DNA of 32,000 bases from Allobaculum fili (GTDB lineage: Bacteria; Bacillota_I; Bacilli_A; Erysipelotrichales; Erysipelotrichaceae): positions 166,230 through 198,229 of the forward strand of contig NZ_JAHDSX010000001.1 of NCBI RefSeq assembly GCF_020969955.1, in the 5' to 3' direction. The notes beneath the pieces are model-generated. The model was not told where the DNA came from. It searched no databases and saw only the letters and a list, made by a program, of their open reading frames with translations. This document shows, one piece after another, positions 17,104 through 25,987 of the stretch (position 1 is its first letter; each line of letters starts with the position of its first letter). The position numbers were made by a program, and so were the translations under genes.

Positions 17104-18013
17104 CTCCCCTTAATTTTGCGCTGTGCGCGCGATTGTTTTCTTCAAGCTCTTCTGCCGTAGACTGAATCGGTTTTCTATTGATTAAGCGATATTCCAGTTC
17201 TTCATCCCCTGCGATTGGAATGCGCCGATTCACTTTTTTGGGCAGTGCAGCCGCCGCGAACGCCTGCTTGACTATGCGGTCTTCAAGAGAATGGAAGGTA
17301 ATCACAGCCATTCGGCCGCCGACTTTCAGTCTTCGCAGTCCCTGTTCAAGCGCACTGCGCAGCTGCGGAAGTTCGCGGTTGACCTCCATGCGAAGCGCCT
17401 GGAAGGTCTGTTTGGCCGGATGGCCTTTTTTCTTCAGAACAGCGGCGGGCAGAGCCTGCCGAATGAGATCGCTGAGCTGAAAGGTTGTTTCGATCGGCGC
17501 TACTTCTCGAGCCTGAAGAATCGCGTTGACAATGCGATTCGCATTGGGCTCTTCGCCGTATTCCCGCAAAACACGAAGAAGTTCTTCGCGGGAATAGGTA
17601 TTGACGATACAGGCGGCGTCCAGAGTCTGGCTCTGGTCCATTCGCATGTCCAGACGGGCATCGAATCGATAGGAAAAGCCGCGTTCGGGATCGTCAAACT
17701 GCGGAGACGATACGCCAAGATCCATGAGAATTCCGTCTACTTTTCCGACGTGCAGCCGGTCAAGTTCGCGGTCCAGATCTTCAAAAGGCGCGTGAATCAG
17801 CGTGAACCGATCGGAGATGGCTTCCAGCCGAGGCCGGCTTTCATCAATCGCCTGCTGATCCAGATCGAAGGCGTAGAGGTGACCGTGCGGAATTCGCTTG
17901 AGAATTTCGCTCGAATGACCGCCGCGTCCAAGGGTGCAGTCGATATAAATGCCGTCTTCACGGATTTCCAGCAAATCGATCGATTCTTTAAGAAGCACGC
18001 TGATATGTTCCAT
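17069..18013 (-). CDS. rsmH: 16S rRNA (cytosine1402-N4)-methyltransferase RsmH
   Basis: HISVLLKESIDLL..YIDCTLGRGGHS..DLGVSSPQFD..RGFSY..DMRMD..ITFHSLEDRIVK are canonical RsmH/MraW blocks. Confidence 0.95.
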   Translation of the reverse strand: MEHISVLLKESIDLLEIREDGIYIDCTLGRGGHSSEILKRIPHGHLYAFDLDQQAIDESRPRLEAISDRFTLIHAPFEDLDRELDRLHVGKVDGILMDLGVSSPQFDDPERGFSYRFDARLDMRMDQSQTLDAACIVNTYSREELLRVLREYGEEPNANRIVNAILQAREVAPIETTFQLSDLIRQALPAAVLKKKGHPAKQTFQALRMEVNRELPQLRSALEQGLRRLKVGGRMAVITFHSLEDRIVKQAFAAAALPKKVNRRIPIAGDEELEYRLINRKPIQSTAEELEENNRAHSAKLRGVERIADKEENA

Positions 18014-18028
18014 TCCAAAACCTCCGGA

Positions 18029-18460
18029 CTAATCGAGAAGTCCGGTCAGATTTTCTGCAAACTTCTCATAGGACGGAAGCATTTCGTCCTGAAGAGCAAG
18101 CCAGCGTTCCTTGGCCCAGATCTCCACGTGGTTAGCAACACCGATAACGTAACATTCCTTCACCAGTCCAGCTTCGGCGATCAGAGAAGCGGGAATCAGG
18201 ATGCGTCCCTGTGCATCGGGTTCCACTTCGGTCGCTTTGGCCATGAAAAAACGCATGAACATGCGTGCGTCCGGATTGGTAGAAGGGAGGGAGGAATATT
18301 TTGTGTACACGCTGGTCCATTCTTCAAGCGTGTAGACATTGAGGCAGCCGTCCATGCCGCGAGTGACGTAAACGCGCTCGCCAAGTTCTTCACGGAATTT
18401 AGCGGGCATGATCAACCGCCCCTTACGGTCGATGTTGTGCGTGTATTCGCCCATGAACAT
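18029..18460 (-). CDS. mraZ: Transcriptional regulator MraZ
   Basis: MFMGEYTHNIDRKGRLIMPAKFREEL with a second SpoVT/AbrB-like half (DAQGRILIPASL). 143 aa. First gene of the dcw cluster. Confidence 0.95.
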   Translation of the reverse strand: MFMGEYTHNIDRKGRLIMPAKFREELGERVYVTRGMDGCLNVYTLEEWTSVYTKYSSLPSTNPDARMFMRFFMAKATEVEPDAQGRILIPASLIAEAGLVKECYVIGVANHVEIWAKERWLALQDEMLPSYEKFAENLTGLLD

Positions 18461-18507
18461 GTGTCATCACCCCCACTTTCTGACACAACTTCCTACTTTG
18501 TAGGTGC

Positions 18508-18536
18508 ATTATACCCCCTGCACCCTCTTTTCTCAA
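18508..18536 (-). promoter_or_regulatory. Likely mraZ/dcw promoter TTGAGA-17 nt-TATAAT
   Basis: On the minus strand, TTGAGA (18536-18531), a 17-nt spacer and TATAAT (18513-18508), about 45 nt upstream of the mraZ ATG. Confidence 0.6.
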
Positions 18537-19041
18537 TTCAAATCCCAAAACGGGACAAGATTAAAAGAAAGAGTCAAAAATTAAAGACCTTTAAAATTGG
18601 CTTTAAATAAAGCCTGAAAAAGTGCTTGACAAATTTAGAAAAAGGGAAAGTGGGACAAAATGGCGGGAAAGAGCCGCTTTTGACCACACTTTCCCACCGC
18701 AAGGCAGAAACGGTTCCAAAACGGGCGCAAAAAGGCAGAAAAAAGACCCGCTTTTTCCAAATTGAACGAAGCGGACGAAAGCCAGAAAACGACAGAGCAG
18801 AAGGAAAGTGGAAGCGGATCAAAACAGCTTTTCCTCAGAAACGGATCGTTTTTGGGAGCGCCGGATTAAGGATTGACGCGCAATGCCTGCTGATGCGGCC
18901 AAAAGGCTCTGTTTTCCTTTTGGCATTTTGCTCAATATGACCAGACTGTATTTTTCCTCGAGTCGTACAATTCAGATAAGCCATACAGAATTGTTCTGCC
19001 CGCGGATAACGAGCAGAAGCAGAAAGGATGGAAGACTGAAT

Positions 19042-19335
19042 ATGAAAATCGATTTTTCAAAACCATTAAGCGATCAGCAGAAAGAAAAAGTTCAGAAAGT
19101 ACTCGATGCGCAGGGAGATCCTGTTCAGACGGCGATCCAGATGAATGAAAATCCAGATGACATTTACGTCTGGACGATGCAGGAACTCGAGGAAGAACGC
19201 CAGAGTCTGAATGCGAAAGCAAAGGAAGGCATGACTCCCGAACTGATGCACGGAATCAATCGTCTTTTTGAAAAGGAAACCAGTCTGCGCAAAGCCTGGG
19301 AAGACTGGAAAAAAGAACAGCCAAATCGAAAATAG
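19042..19335 (+). CDS. Small hypothetical charged protein (97 aa)
   Basis: MKIDFSKPLSDQQKEK.. I prefer ATG 19042 to the track start at 18883, whose N-terminal extension is not protein-like. The RBS (AAGGATGG) is weak. No family recognised. Confidence 0.45.
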   Translation: MKIDFSKPLSDQQKEKVQKVLDAQGDPVQTAIQMNENPDDIYVWTMQELEEERQSLNAKAKEGMTPELMHGINRLFEKETSLRKAWEDWKKEQPNRK

Positions 19336-19723
19336 ATACTCTCTTCATTCAATAAGAGCTGCATAGGAAAGCGGAGAAATTTCGCTTGCAGGACCAGTTT
19401 GATCAATCCAAAAAAATAATCGCCTTTTTCCAAAGACAAAGTGCTTTCTGTCGAAAGGACAGGAATCCCGAAGTCTGGAAGAAGGCGAATTTTATTTCTC
19501 AATAGATATTCAGATGCCGGAAATATTCAGAGGCCTATCAGAGAAGCAGCTGCTCCGGAACGAAACGTATAAAAGAAAGAATCCTCGTGGCGAAGTATTT
19601 GAAATAATAGGTTAATCAGTTATTCAAACAGTTAAAATGTCGAAATTCATTCTTGAAAGCCGTTATGAGGATGTACACTGTAAAAGTAATGCATCACGCA
19701 AAGCGAGCTATTCGAAAAAGCGC

Positions 19724-19812
19724 AAAAAAAAAGAGCACGATGCTCTCAAATGTGAATACGGCTCCGGTTAAGGATCCTTATCTGAACTCGCTTTGTAGGT
19801 TTACTGTAACGC
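19724..19812 (-). ncRNA. tracrRNA: tracrRNA of the type II-A system (5' end uncertain)
   Basis: The minus strand reads GCGUUACAGUAAACCUACAAAGCGAGUUCAGAUAAGGAUCCUUAACCGGAGCCGUAUUCACAUUUGAGAGCAUCGUGCUCUUUUUUUUU. UACAAAGC pairs with repeat nt 9-16 and UCAGAU pairs with repeat nt 1-6, around a GAGU/GA bulge. That is the same geometry as S. pyogenes UAGC-AAGU-UAAAAU. It is followed by a UAAGG..-type nexus (AAGGAUCCUU), further 3' sequence and the terminator AGAGCA-UCG-UGCUCU plus U9. Confidence 0.75.
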
Positions 19813-19846
19813 AACACCATTTGTCCGTCAAGAAAGGAAATGAAGT

Positions 19847-22800
19847 ATGAATGGAGATTATTACATTGGGCTTGACCTGGGAACAAGTTCCGTTGGCTGG
19901 GCGGTAACAGATCCGGATTATCATTTGCTGCGAATTCGGGGTCACGATGCTGCAGGTGTTCGGCTGTTCGAAGAAGGAAAAACAGCTGCGGATCGAAGGC
20001 TGAGCCGAGGAGCCAGACGTCGAACAGACCGGATGCAGGCACGGATTAAGTATGTGCGCAGATCGCTGTCTCCTTTGATCGACCGCGTAGACCCTGATTT
20101 CTATCTTCGCAGAGAGGAAAGCATGCTCTGGGAAGAAGATAAAACGTCGAAAGAAAAGTACTCGATCTTTGGGAAAAATGGGATGTCTGATTCCGAATTC
20201 TATAAAAAATATCCGACAGTTTCCCACCTCATTGTCGATATGATTCGTCATCCGGAAAAGCATACGGATCCACGAGAATATGCGATTGTGATCGAACAGA
20301 AATTCAAGCACAGAGGCAATTTCCTGCTCAATGGAAAATTCGATGATACATCTGCCGATTTCGATGAAATGTATAAGCAGTTTGCAGACTGTGTAAATGA
20401 AACGTGGCAGGACACAGAGGATGGAGTCTCCTCGCACGTTGATTTCCCAGCTTCTGAGTCCGTAAAAGAGATTCTTACCGACAAGAACAAGTCGATCAGC
20501 GAAAAATCCAGCAAGCTCATTGACTTATTCATGAAGGACTCTTCCTCCAGAAAATGGACCAAAGAAGAGAAAAATCGAATAAAAGCAATTCTTGGACTTC
20601 TCTGCGGTAAAAAGGAAGATTTGTTTAAAATCTGGCCTGAACATCCGCTGCGGACAGAAGAACAGAAGAGCTTTTCGATTTCCTTACGCGAAAAAGATCT
20701 TGAAGAGTCAATCCAGGAAATTGCGGATCGTCTCACCGAACCCGAAATAGAACTGCTCGAATCCATTGCGCAGATTTTTGACTGGCAGCAGCTGGAATCG
20801 ATTTTGAAAGATCGAAGCGGTCAGACTTGTTCGTATCTTGCGGAGGCGAGAGTCAGCCAGTATGAGCAGCATCGCGAGGATTTACAACAGCTGAAAAAGC
20901 TTCTTAAGGCTGCGGATAAAAAAGCGTTTAATGCGTTTTTCCGTGAATATCCCGCCAAGCCGGATAACTATTCTGGCTATGTCGGCTCTGTGAATTCATC
21001 GAGCGCAGGCAAGAAAAGAGGAGCCAAGATCACGCAGGATGATTTTTACCAGGGGGTAAAGAAAGTTCTGAAAAAGCTGGATTTCAAAGAATTATCAGAA
21101 TCTAATAAAGCGGAACTGGAAGAGATGAAGCAGGATATCCTTCATAAAATTGAACTCAATCAGTTCATGCCAAAGCAGATGACCAGCAAAAACGGGGTTA
21201 TCCCAAATCAGGTTCATCTGAAGGAACTGAATAAGATTCTTGAGAACGCTTCGATGATCTTCCCCGAATTTCGTGAAAAAGATGAATCCGGGTACACACT
21301 TGCCGAACGTCTTTCCATGCTCTTTTCATTTCGCATTCCGTACTATATTGGACCGCTTGGTCAGGGAAAAGAGTCTGGCACGTCATGGGTAGTCTGGAAT
21401 GAAAATCAGACCGCTGGACCAGTGTATCCATGGAATATGGAACAGAAGATTAATCAGGAAGCAACCTCGCGAGCGTTCATTCACCGAATGCTTCGGACGT
21501 GTACGTATCTTCCTGAATACCAGGTGCTGCCGGATCATTCTTTGCTGTACGAAAAATTCAAGGTTCTCAATGAGCTGAATAATCTGAAGATCGATGGAAA
21601 TCCTCTCACGCCTGAGCTTAAGCAGCGACTGTACGAGAGTGAATTCCTGAAAGGGAAAAAAGTTACCCAGAAGAAAATTCGAAAATTCCTCGTTGAAGCC
21701 CAGCTAATGGATCACGAACAGGCTGCCGAAGCTGTGATTTCTGGAATCGATGGAGACTTCATAAATAAACTGGGAACAGAACGATTCTTTTGCGAAGTGC
21801 TGGGAACGGAACGGCTTAATGACTCCCAAAGAGCAATGGCGGAAAAAATTGTCTACTGGTCCACTATTTACGAAGAGGGCGGTTCCTTTTTGAAAAAAGC
21901 AATCTGCTCAGAATTCCCGGAATTAACCCCTAAACAGATTAAGCGGATTCTTGGAAATCGATTCAACGGCTGGGGAAGATGCTCAAGAGAATTCCTCGAA
22001 ATGGAAGGAACGGATTCTCAAGGAAACGAATCGACAGTAATGGGATTCCTCTGGTCGACAAACGATAATCTAATGCAGGTTCTGAGCGATAAGTATTCAT
22101 TCCGGAAGACAATTGCCGAAAACGCTGCTAAAGAACAGAAATCGCTTTTTGAAATCAGCCATGAGGATCTGGATGGACTTTACCTGTCTGGACCTGTTAA
22201 ACGGATGATCTGGCAAACGATCAGAATTCTCCGCGAAATCACAGGTCTGATGGGAAAGGCGCCTAAAAAAGTGTTTGTCGAAATGGCGAGGGAGAGTCAG
22301 GAAAAAGGAAAGCGGACAGTATCCCGAAAGAATCGATTCAAAGAGCTGTATAAGTCGATTAAAGATGATACCCATCACTGGCTTTCAGAAATTGAAAACA
22401 TGGAAGAGAGTCTGCTTCAAAGAAAAAAGGTCTATCTTTATCTGACTCAGCAGGGACGCGATGCCTACACTGGTCAGCCAATTGATTTTGAAAAACTGCT
22501 CCAGACAAACAGCGAATATGATATTGACCATATCTACGCACAGCGCTGGGTAAAAGATGATTCTCTCGAAAACAATCTTGTGCTCACCAACAAACAAACG
22601 AACAGCGATCTGAAGAAAGATCGATATCCTTTGCCTCTGGAAATTCAGGCGAAAATGACGCCTCTGTGGAAACAGTGGCTGAAGGCGGGTCTGATTACGC
22701 AGGAAAAATTCAATCGCTTAACAAGAAGAACCGGATTCACAGATGATGAACTGGCAGGTTTTATCAATCGTCAGCTGGTAGAAACCCGTCAGGGTACGAA

Positions 22801-24031
22801 AGTTCTCGCTGCGATTCTTAAACAGACATCTCCAGATACTCAGATCGTGTATTCGAAAGCGTCGAATGTCAGCGCCTTCCGAAAACAGTTTGAGATTCCT
22901 AAGATCAGAGATTTGAACAATCTCCATCATGCGGTCGATGCTTATCTCAATATCGTAGTCGGAAATGTATTCTCTGTTCGCTTTACCGATAGCCCCGTTC
23001 GCTTTGTTAAAGAATTCAGAGACGGTACGCAAAAATATAATTTGAAAAAGCTCTATGACTACCCGGTAACGCGCGGATCAGAATCTGCATGGGTTCCAGG
23101 AGAAGCAGGAACAATCGCCACAGTAAAAAGAGTCGCCTTTAAAGGAACTCCGCTGGTTACCCGCCGAACGGTTTCTAATCGCGGATCGCTTAGCGATGTG
23201 CAGCTTTGCCCAGCCGAAGAGAGAAAAGAAGGAACCTACTATATTTCCAGAAAACGAGATGCAGCGGATCCAGGCAAGTATGGATACTATGACAAGGTCC
23301 GAGGGGCAACGTTCTTCCTGGTCGAATGTCAAATAAAAAATAAAAGGGAACGAATGATTTTGCCGCTGACTCTCGTGGATAAACAGAGATACACAACAAA
23401 GGAAGAATTGGATATCTATTGTCGCGACATTCTGCATCTGGAAGCTCCTTCTGTGAGATTGATGAATATCCATCCCAAAAGTCTCCTTCGTATCAATGGG
23501 TATCCATTGATGCTGACAGGAAGATCTGATGTGCGCCTCATCTTCCAAAATGCAGTTGAACTGATTTTGCCGGCAAAGGATCAGATCTATCTTTCAAAAG
23601 CAATTTGGCCAGACAATAATGGGGAATATAAATTCTATTTAAAGTCGGTTTCCAAAAGAAGAAATATTGAGCTCTATGATTCACTGATTGCAAAATTTTC
23701 TTCACCGATTTTTGAGAAAATCCCTCGAGCTTTTGCCGAAAACACCATTTCTAAAAAACTGGAAAGCGCACGCCCTGCCTTTGTAAGTCTCTCGGAAAAA
23801 GAGCAAATTGAAGTGCTTTATAAGATTCTAAAGTCTTTTAACTCTTGGAATGATGAGTTTGCAAAAGACCATAGTGAATTCAGATTTTTGCCTGATCCTC
23901 GTCTGGGCCGAAACTTGTCCACTTGGCGAAAACAGACAGGCGATAAGAATAAAAACGCGGGCGAATGTGTTCTTGTGCTGCAATCGGTAACAGGGCTGTT
24001 CTCCAGAGAAATTGACTTGATGAAAGTATGA
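19847..24031 (+). CDS. cas9: Cas9 endonuclease, type II-A (1394 aa)
   Basis: RuvC-I YYIGLDLGTSSVGWAV. Arg-rich bridge helix RRLSRGARRRTDRMQARI. RuvC-II VFVEMARESQ. HNH EYDIDHIYAQRWVKDDSLENNLVLTNKQTNSDLKKDRYP. RuvC-III NNLHHAVDAYLN. Followed by cas1-cas2-csn2. Confidence 0.97.
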   Translation: MNGDYYIGLDLGTSSVGWAVTDPDYHLLRIRGHDAAGVRLFEEGKTAADRRLSRGARRRTDRMQARIKYVRRSLSPLIDRVDPDFYLRREESMLWEEDKTSKEKYSIFGKNGMSDSEFYKKYPTVSHLIVDMIRHPEKHTDPREYAIVIEQKFKHRGNFLLNGKFDDTSADFDEMYKQFADCVNETWQDTEDGVSSHVDFPASESVKEILTDKNKSISEKSSKLIDLFMKDSSSRKWTKEEKNRIKAILGLLCGKKEDLFKIWPEHPLRTEEQKSFSISLREKDLEESIQEIADRLTEPEIELLESIAQIFDWQQLESILKDRSGQTCSYLAEARVSQYEQHREDLQQLKKLLKAADKKAFNAFFREYPAKPDNYSGYVGSVNSSSAGKKRGAKITQDDFYQGVKKVLKKLDFKELSESNKAELEEMKQDILHKIELNQFMPKQMTSKNGVIPNQVHLKELNKILENASMIFPEFREKDESGYTLAERLSMLFSFRIPYYIGPLGQGKESGTSWVVWNENQTAGPVYPWNMEQKINQEATSRAFIHRMLRTCTYLPEYQVLPDHSLLYEKFKVLNELNNLKIDGNPLTPELKQRLYESEFLKGKKVTQKKIRKFLVEAQLMDHEQAAEAVISGIDGDFINKLGTERFFCEVLGTERLNDSQRAMAEKIVYWSTIYEEGGSFLKKAICSEFPELTPKQIKRILGNRFNGWGRCSREFLEMEGTDSQGNESTVMGFLWSTNDNLMQVLSDKYSFRKTIAENAAKEQKSLFEISHEDLDGLYLSGPVKRMIWQTIRILREITGLMGKAPKKVFVEMARESQEKGKRTVSRKNRFKELYKSIKDDTHHWLSEIENMEESLLQRKKVYLYLTQQGRDAYTGQPIDFEKLLQTNSEYDIDHIYAQRWVKDDSLENNLVLTNKQTNSDLKKDRYPLPLEIQAKMTPLWKQWLKAGLITQEKFNRLTRRTGFTDDELAGFINRQLVETRQGTKVLAAILKQTSPDTQIVYSKASNVSAFRKQFEIPKIRDLNNLHHAVDAYLNIVVGNVFSVRFTDSPVRFVKEFRDGTQKYNLKKLYDYPVTRGSESAWVPGEAGTIATVKRVAFKGTPLVTRRTVSNRGSLSDVQLCPAEERKEGTYYISRKRDAADPGKYGYYDKVRGATFFLVECQIKNKRERMILPLTLVDKQRYTTKEELDIYCRDILHLEAPSVRLMNIHPKSLLRINGYPLMLTGRSDVRLIFQNAVELILPAKDQIYLSKAIWPDNNGEYKFYLKSVSKRRNIELYDSLIAKFSSPIFEKIPRAFAENTISKKLESARPAFVSLSEKEQIEVLYKILKSFNSWNDEFAKDHSEFRFLPDPRLGRNLSTWRKQTGDKNKNAGECVLVLQSVTGLFSREIDLMKV

Positions 24032-24921
24032 GCTGGAGAACAGTAGTCATCAGTTCAAATTCAAAACTGGATTTCCAGATGAATTATCTCGTTGTTCGAA
24101 GCAATGAGATTCAGAAGGTGTTCCTGGATGAGATAGCGGTGCTGATGATTGAGAGTACTGCCGTATCTATGACTGCTTACCTTCTGAATGAACTTATGAA
24201 AAGAAAAATCAAAGTGATTTTCTGTAATGAGAAGAGGCAGCCGGCTGGAGAACTCATCCCCTATTACGGATCGCATGATTCGAGCCGAAAAATCTATGAG
24301 CAAATCAATTTCAACGAATATGTCATGGATGATGTATGGCGAGAAATTATTAAAGAAAAGATACTGAATCAGGCAAAATTACTGGCCAGACTGGAATTGA
24401 AAGACAGGCAGCTTCAGCTGGAAACTCTGGCTCAGGAAATAGAGCCTGGTGATCCGACAAATCGAGAAGGACAAGCGGCAAAAGTGTATTTCAACGGTTT
24501 GTTTGGCACAGATTTCTCACGGAGAGAAGATACGGGCAGAAATGCGGCTTTAAATTATGGATACGCAATATTATTAGCGGCAGTCGATCGAGAAATATCG
24601 GCAAATGGCTATCTAACACAGCTAGGCATATCACATTGCAGTTCAGTGAATGCATATAATCTGGGATGTGATCTGATGGAGCCGCTGCGAGTGCTGATAG
24701 ATTATTTAGTCGTGAAAAATCGGATCATTAGCTTTGGCAGCCGCGAAAAGCAGATCCTTTTAAGCTTACTATCACTGCCAGTTCGGGTAGCAAATCGTTC
24801 TGAAAAACTGATTAACGGGTTAGGAATCTATATCCGAAGCGTTTTCGAAGCGTTACAAACAGCAGACTGCAGCCGTATCCGCTTCTGCGAATTCGATCTG
24901 GAGTTGGGAATGGATGATTAA
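24028..24921 (+). CDS. cas1: CRISPR-associated endonuclease Cas1 (type II)
   Basis: 297 aa. MSWRTVVISSNSKLDFQMNYLVVR.. is a typical type II Cas1 N-terminus. NAALNYGYAIL block. ATGA overlap with the cas9 stop. Confidence 0.95.
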   Translation: MSWRTVVISSNSKLDFQMNYLVVRSNEIQKVFLDEIAVLMIESTAVSMTAYLLNELMKRKIKVIFCNEKRQPAGELIPYYGSHDSSRKIYEQINFNEYVMDDVWREIIKEKILNQAKLLARLELKDRQLQLETLAQEIEPGDPTNREGQAAKVYFNGLFGTDFSRREDTGRNAALNYGYAILLAAVDREISANGYLTQLGISHCSSVNAYNLGCDLMEPLRVLIDYLVVKNRIISFGSREKQILLSLLSLPVRVANRSEKLINGLGIYIRSVFEALQTADCSRIRFCEFDLELGMDD

Positions 24922-25234
24922 CCGTTATATGAGAGTGCTTGTTATGTACGATCTGCCCATGGTCTCTCCAAAGAATCGCAAAGATTATCGGATATTTCGT
25001 ACGAACTTGTTGAAAGGAGGTTTCTTTATGATGCAGGAAAGCATTTATGTGAAACTGGTGCAAAATCAGCAAGCGGCTGATGCAGCAATTTCCTATGTCA
25101 AAAAAGTAAAGCCTCCTGATGGATTGGTCCAAGCGCTCGTAATTACTGAAAAGCAGTATGCGAGAATCATATACATTCTTGGAGAATCAGTTTCGGATAC
25201 AGTTTCGTCAATCGAGAGCGTGGTGATTCTGTGA
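24914..25234 (+). CDS. cas2: CRISPR-associated endoribonuclease Cas2
   Basis: 106 aa. YMRVLVMYDLP..YRIFRTNLLKGGFFMMQESIYVK is the type II Cas2 pattern. Overlaps cas1 by 8 nt. Confidence 0.9.
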   Translation: MINRYMRVLVMYDLPMVSPKNRKDYRIFRTNLLKGGFFMMQESIYVKLVQNQQAADAAISYVKKVKPPDGLVQALVITEKQYARIIYILGESVSDTVSSIESVVIL

Positions 25235-25929
25235 GTTTAATGGCTTACTCGCCCTTCGGAATATCTGAACAGCTTTCTGAAAATCAGCCTTTAACGATTT
25301 GCTTGGAGAATCCAGCTCACTTCAGAAAGTTTGTAAAAGATCTTAACGATTTTTGCGACGGAATATCTGAGGAATTTGCGTTTTTGGATGGAGAAGGATC
25401 CAAATGGATTTCTCCATCTGAAATCCAAATAATCAGCAATCCGAGCTCTGTCGATTTTAACTCTCGACAGGTTTCCAATGCAGTTATAAAAGAAGCACGT
25501 CAGATATGTCAGGTTTATGAATTAGTCACAACAGAGATGCTGGCCACTTTTGGGCGGTTCTCGGAAGCTGTGATGGAAAAACTGCCATATCTGACAATCG
25601 CTTCAGATTTTAACGGGGATATTAATGGCTTTTTGAAGCTCTGCAACTTCCATTTTTCCCCAAATTTAGCCGGCGAAGATGATGTGAGCGTAATCCAGGA
25701 ATGGATTAAAATCAGTTCGCAGCTTCTTCGCGACCGGCTGATGGTATTTCTCCATCCCAGTTCTTTTTACACAGAGACAGAATTGGACGAGATTGTTAAA
25801 ACCTCCATACAGACAAAGATCGTCCTGCTCTTTATAGAATCAGCAGATGAAAAAGCGTATCCCAACGAAAATGTTTTAACTATTGATTCCGACCTTTGCC
25901 TGATCAAGAAAAGCAGGATAATAAGATAG
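25231..25929 (+). CDS. csn2: Csn2 (type II-A signature adaptation protein, short form)
   Basis: 232 aa in the fourth position of the operon. Collinear with S. pyogenes Csn2 blocks: LTICLENP vs ILVLEDV, IQIISNPSSVDFNS vs MLVTDILGFDVNS, and LMVFLHPSSFYTETELDEI..IVLLFIES vs LLIFINSGAFLTKDEV..TVLFLEP. GTG start overlaps the cas2 stop; an alternative ATG is at 25240. Confidence 0.85.
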   Translation: MSLMAYSPFGISEQLSENQPLTICLENPAHFRKFVKDLNDFCDGISEEFAFLDGEGSKWISPSEIQIISNPSSVDFNSRQVSNAVIKEARQICQVYELVTTEMLATFGRFSEAVMEKLPYLTIASDFNGDINGFLKLCNFHFSPNLAGEDDVSVIQEWIKISSQLLRDRLMVFLHPSSFYTETELDEIVKTSIQTKIVLLFIESADEKAYPNENVLTIDSDLCLIKKSRIIR

Positions 25930-25987
25930 AAGCTCGGTGAAGATGCTCTAAAAAGATTGTTTTATCAAACAAAATATTCTTTTTGAG
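25930..25987 (+). promoter_or_regulatory. CRISPR leader (58 nt between the csn2 stop and repeat 1)
   Basis: AT-rich. It ends ..TTCTTTTTGAG immediately before repeat 1, resembling the ATTTGAG leader-proximal motif of S. pyogenes-like II-A loci. Confidence 0.6.

Noticed and set aside
18626-18940. A 104-aa + strand ORF, and the minus-strand ORF 18574-18822, in the mraZ upstream region.
   Set aside because: They are K/R/G-rich low-complexity translations of purine-rich non-coding DNA, with no RBS. The region is better explained as the dcw promoter/operator.
19473-19495. GTCTGGAAGAAGGCGAATTTT upstream of cas9 shares GTCTG and AGAAGGC with the repeat. I considered it as an orphan repeat or second anti-repeat.
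   Set aside because: Only about half the positions match, there is no adjacent spacer-repeat periodicity and no terminator. This is consistent with chance.
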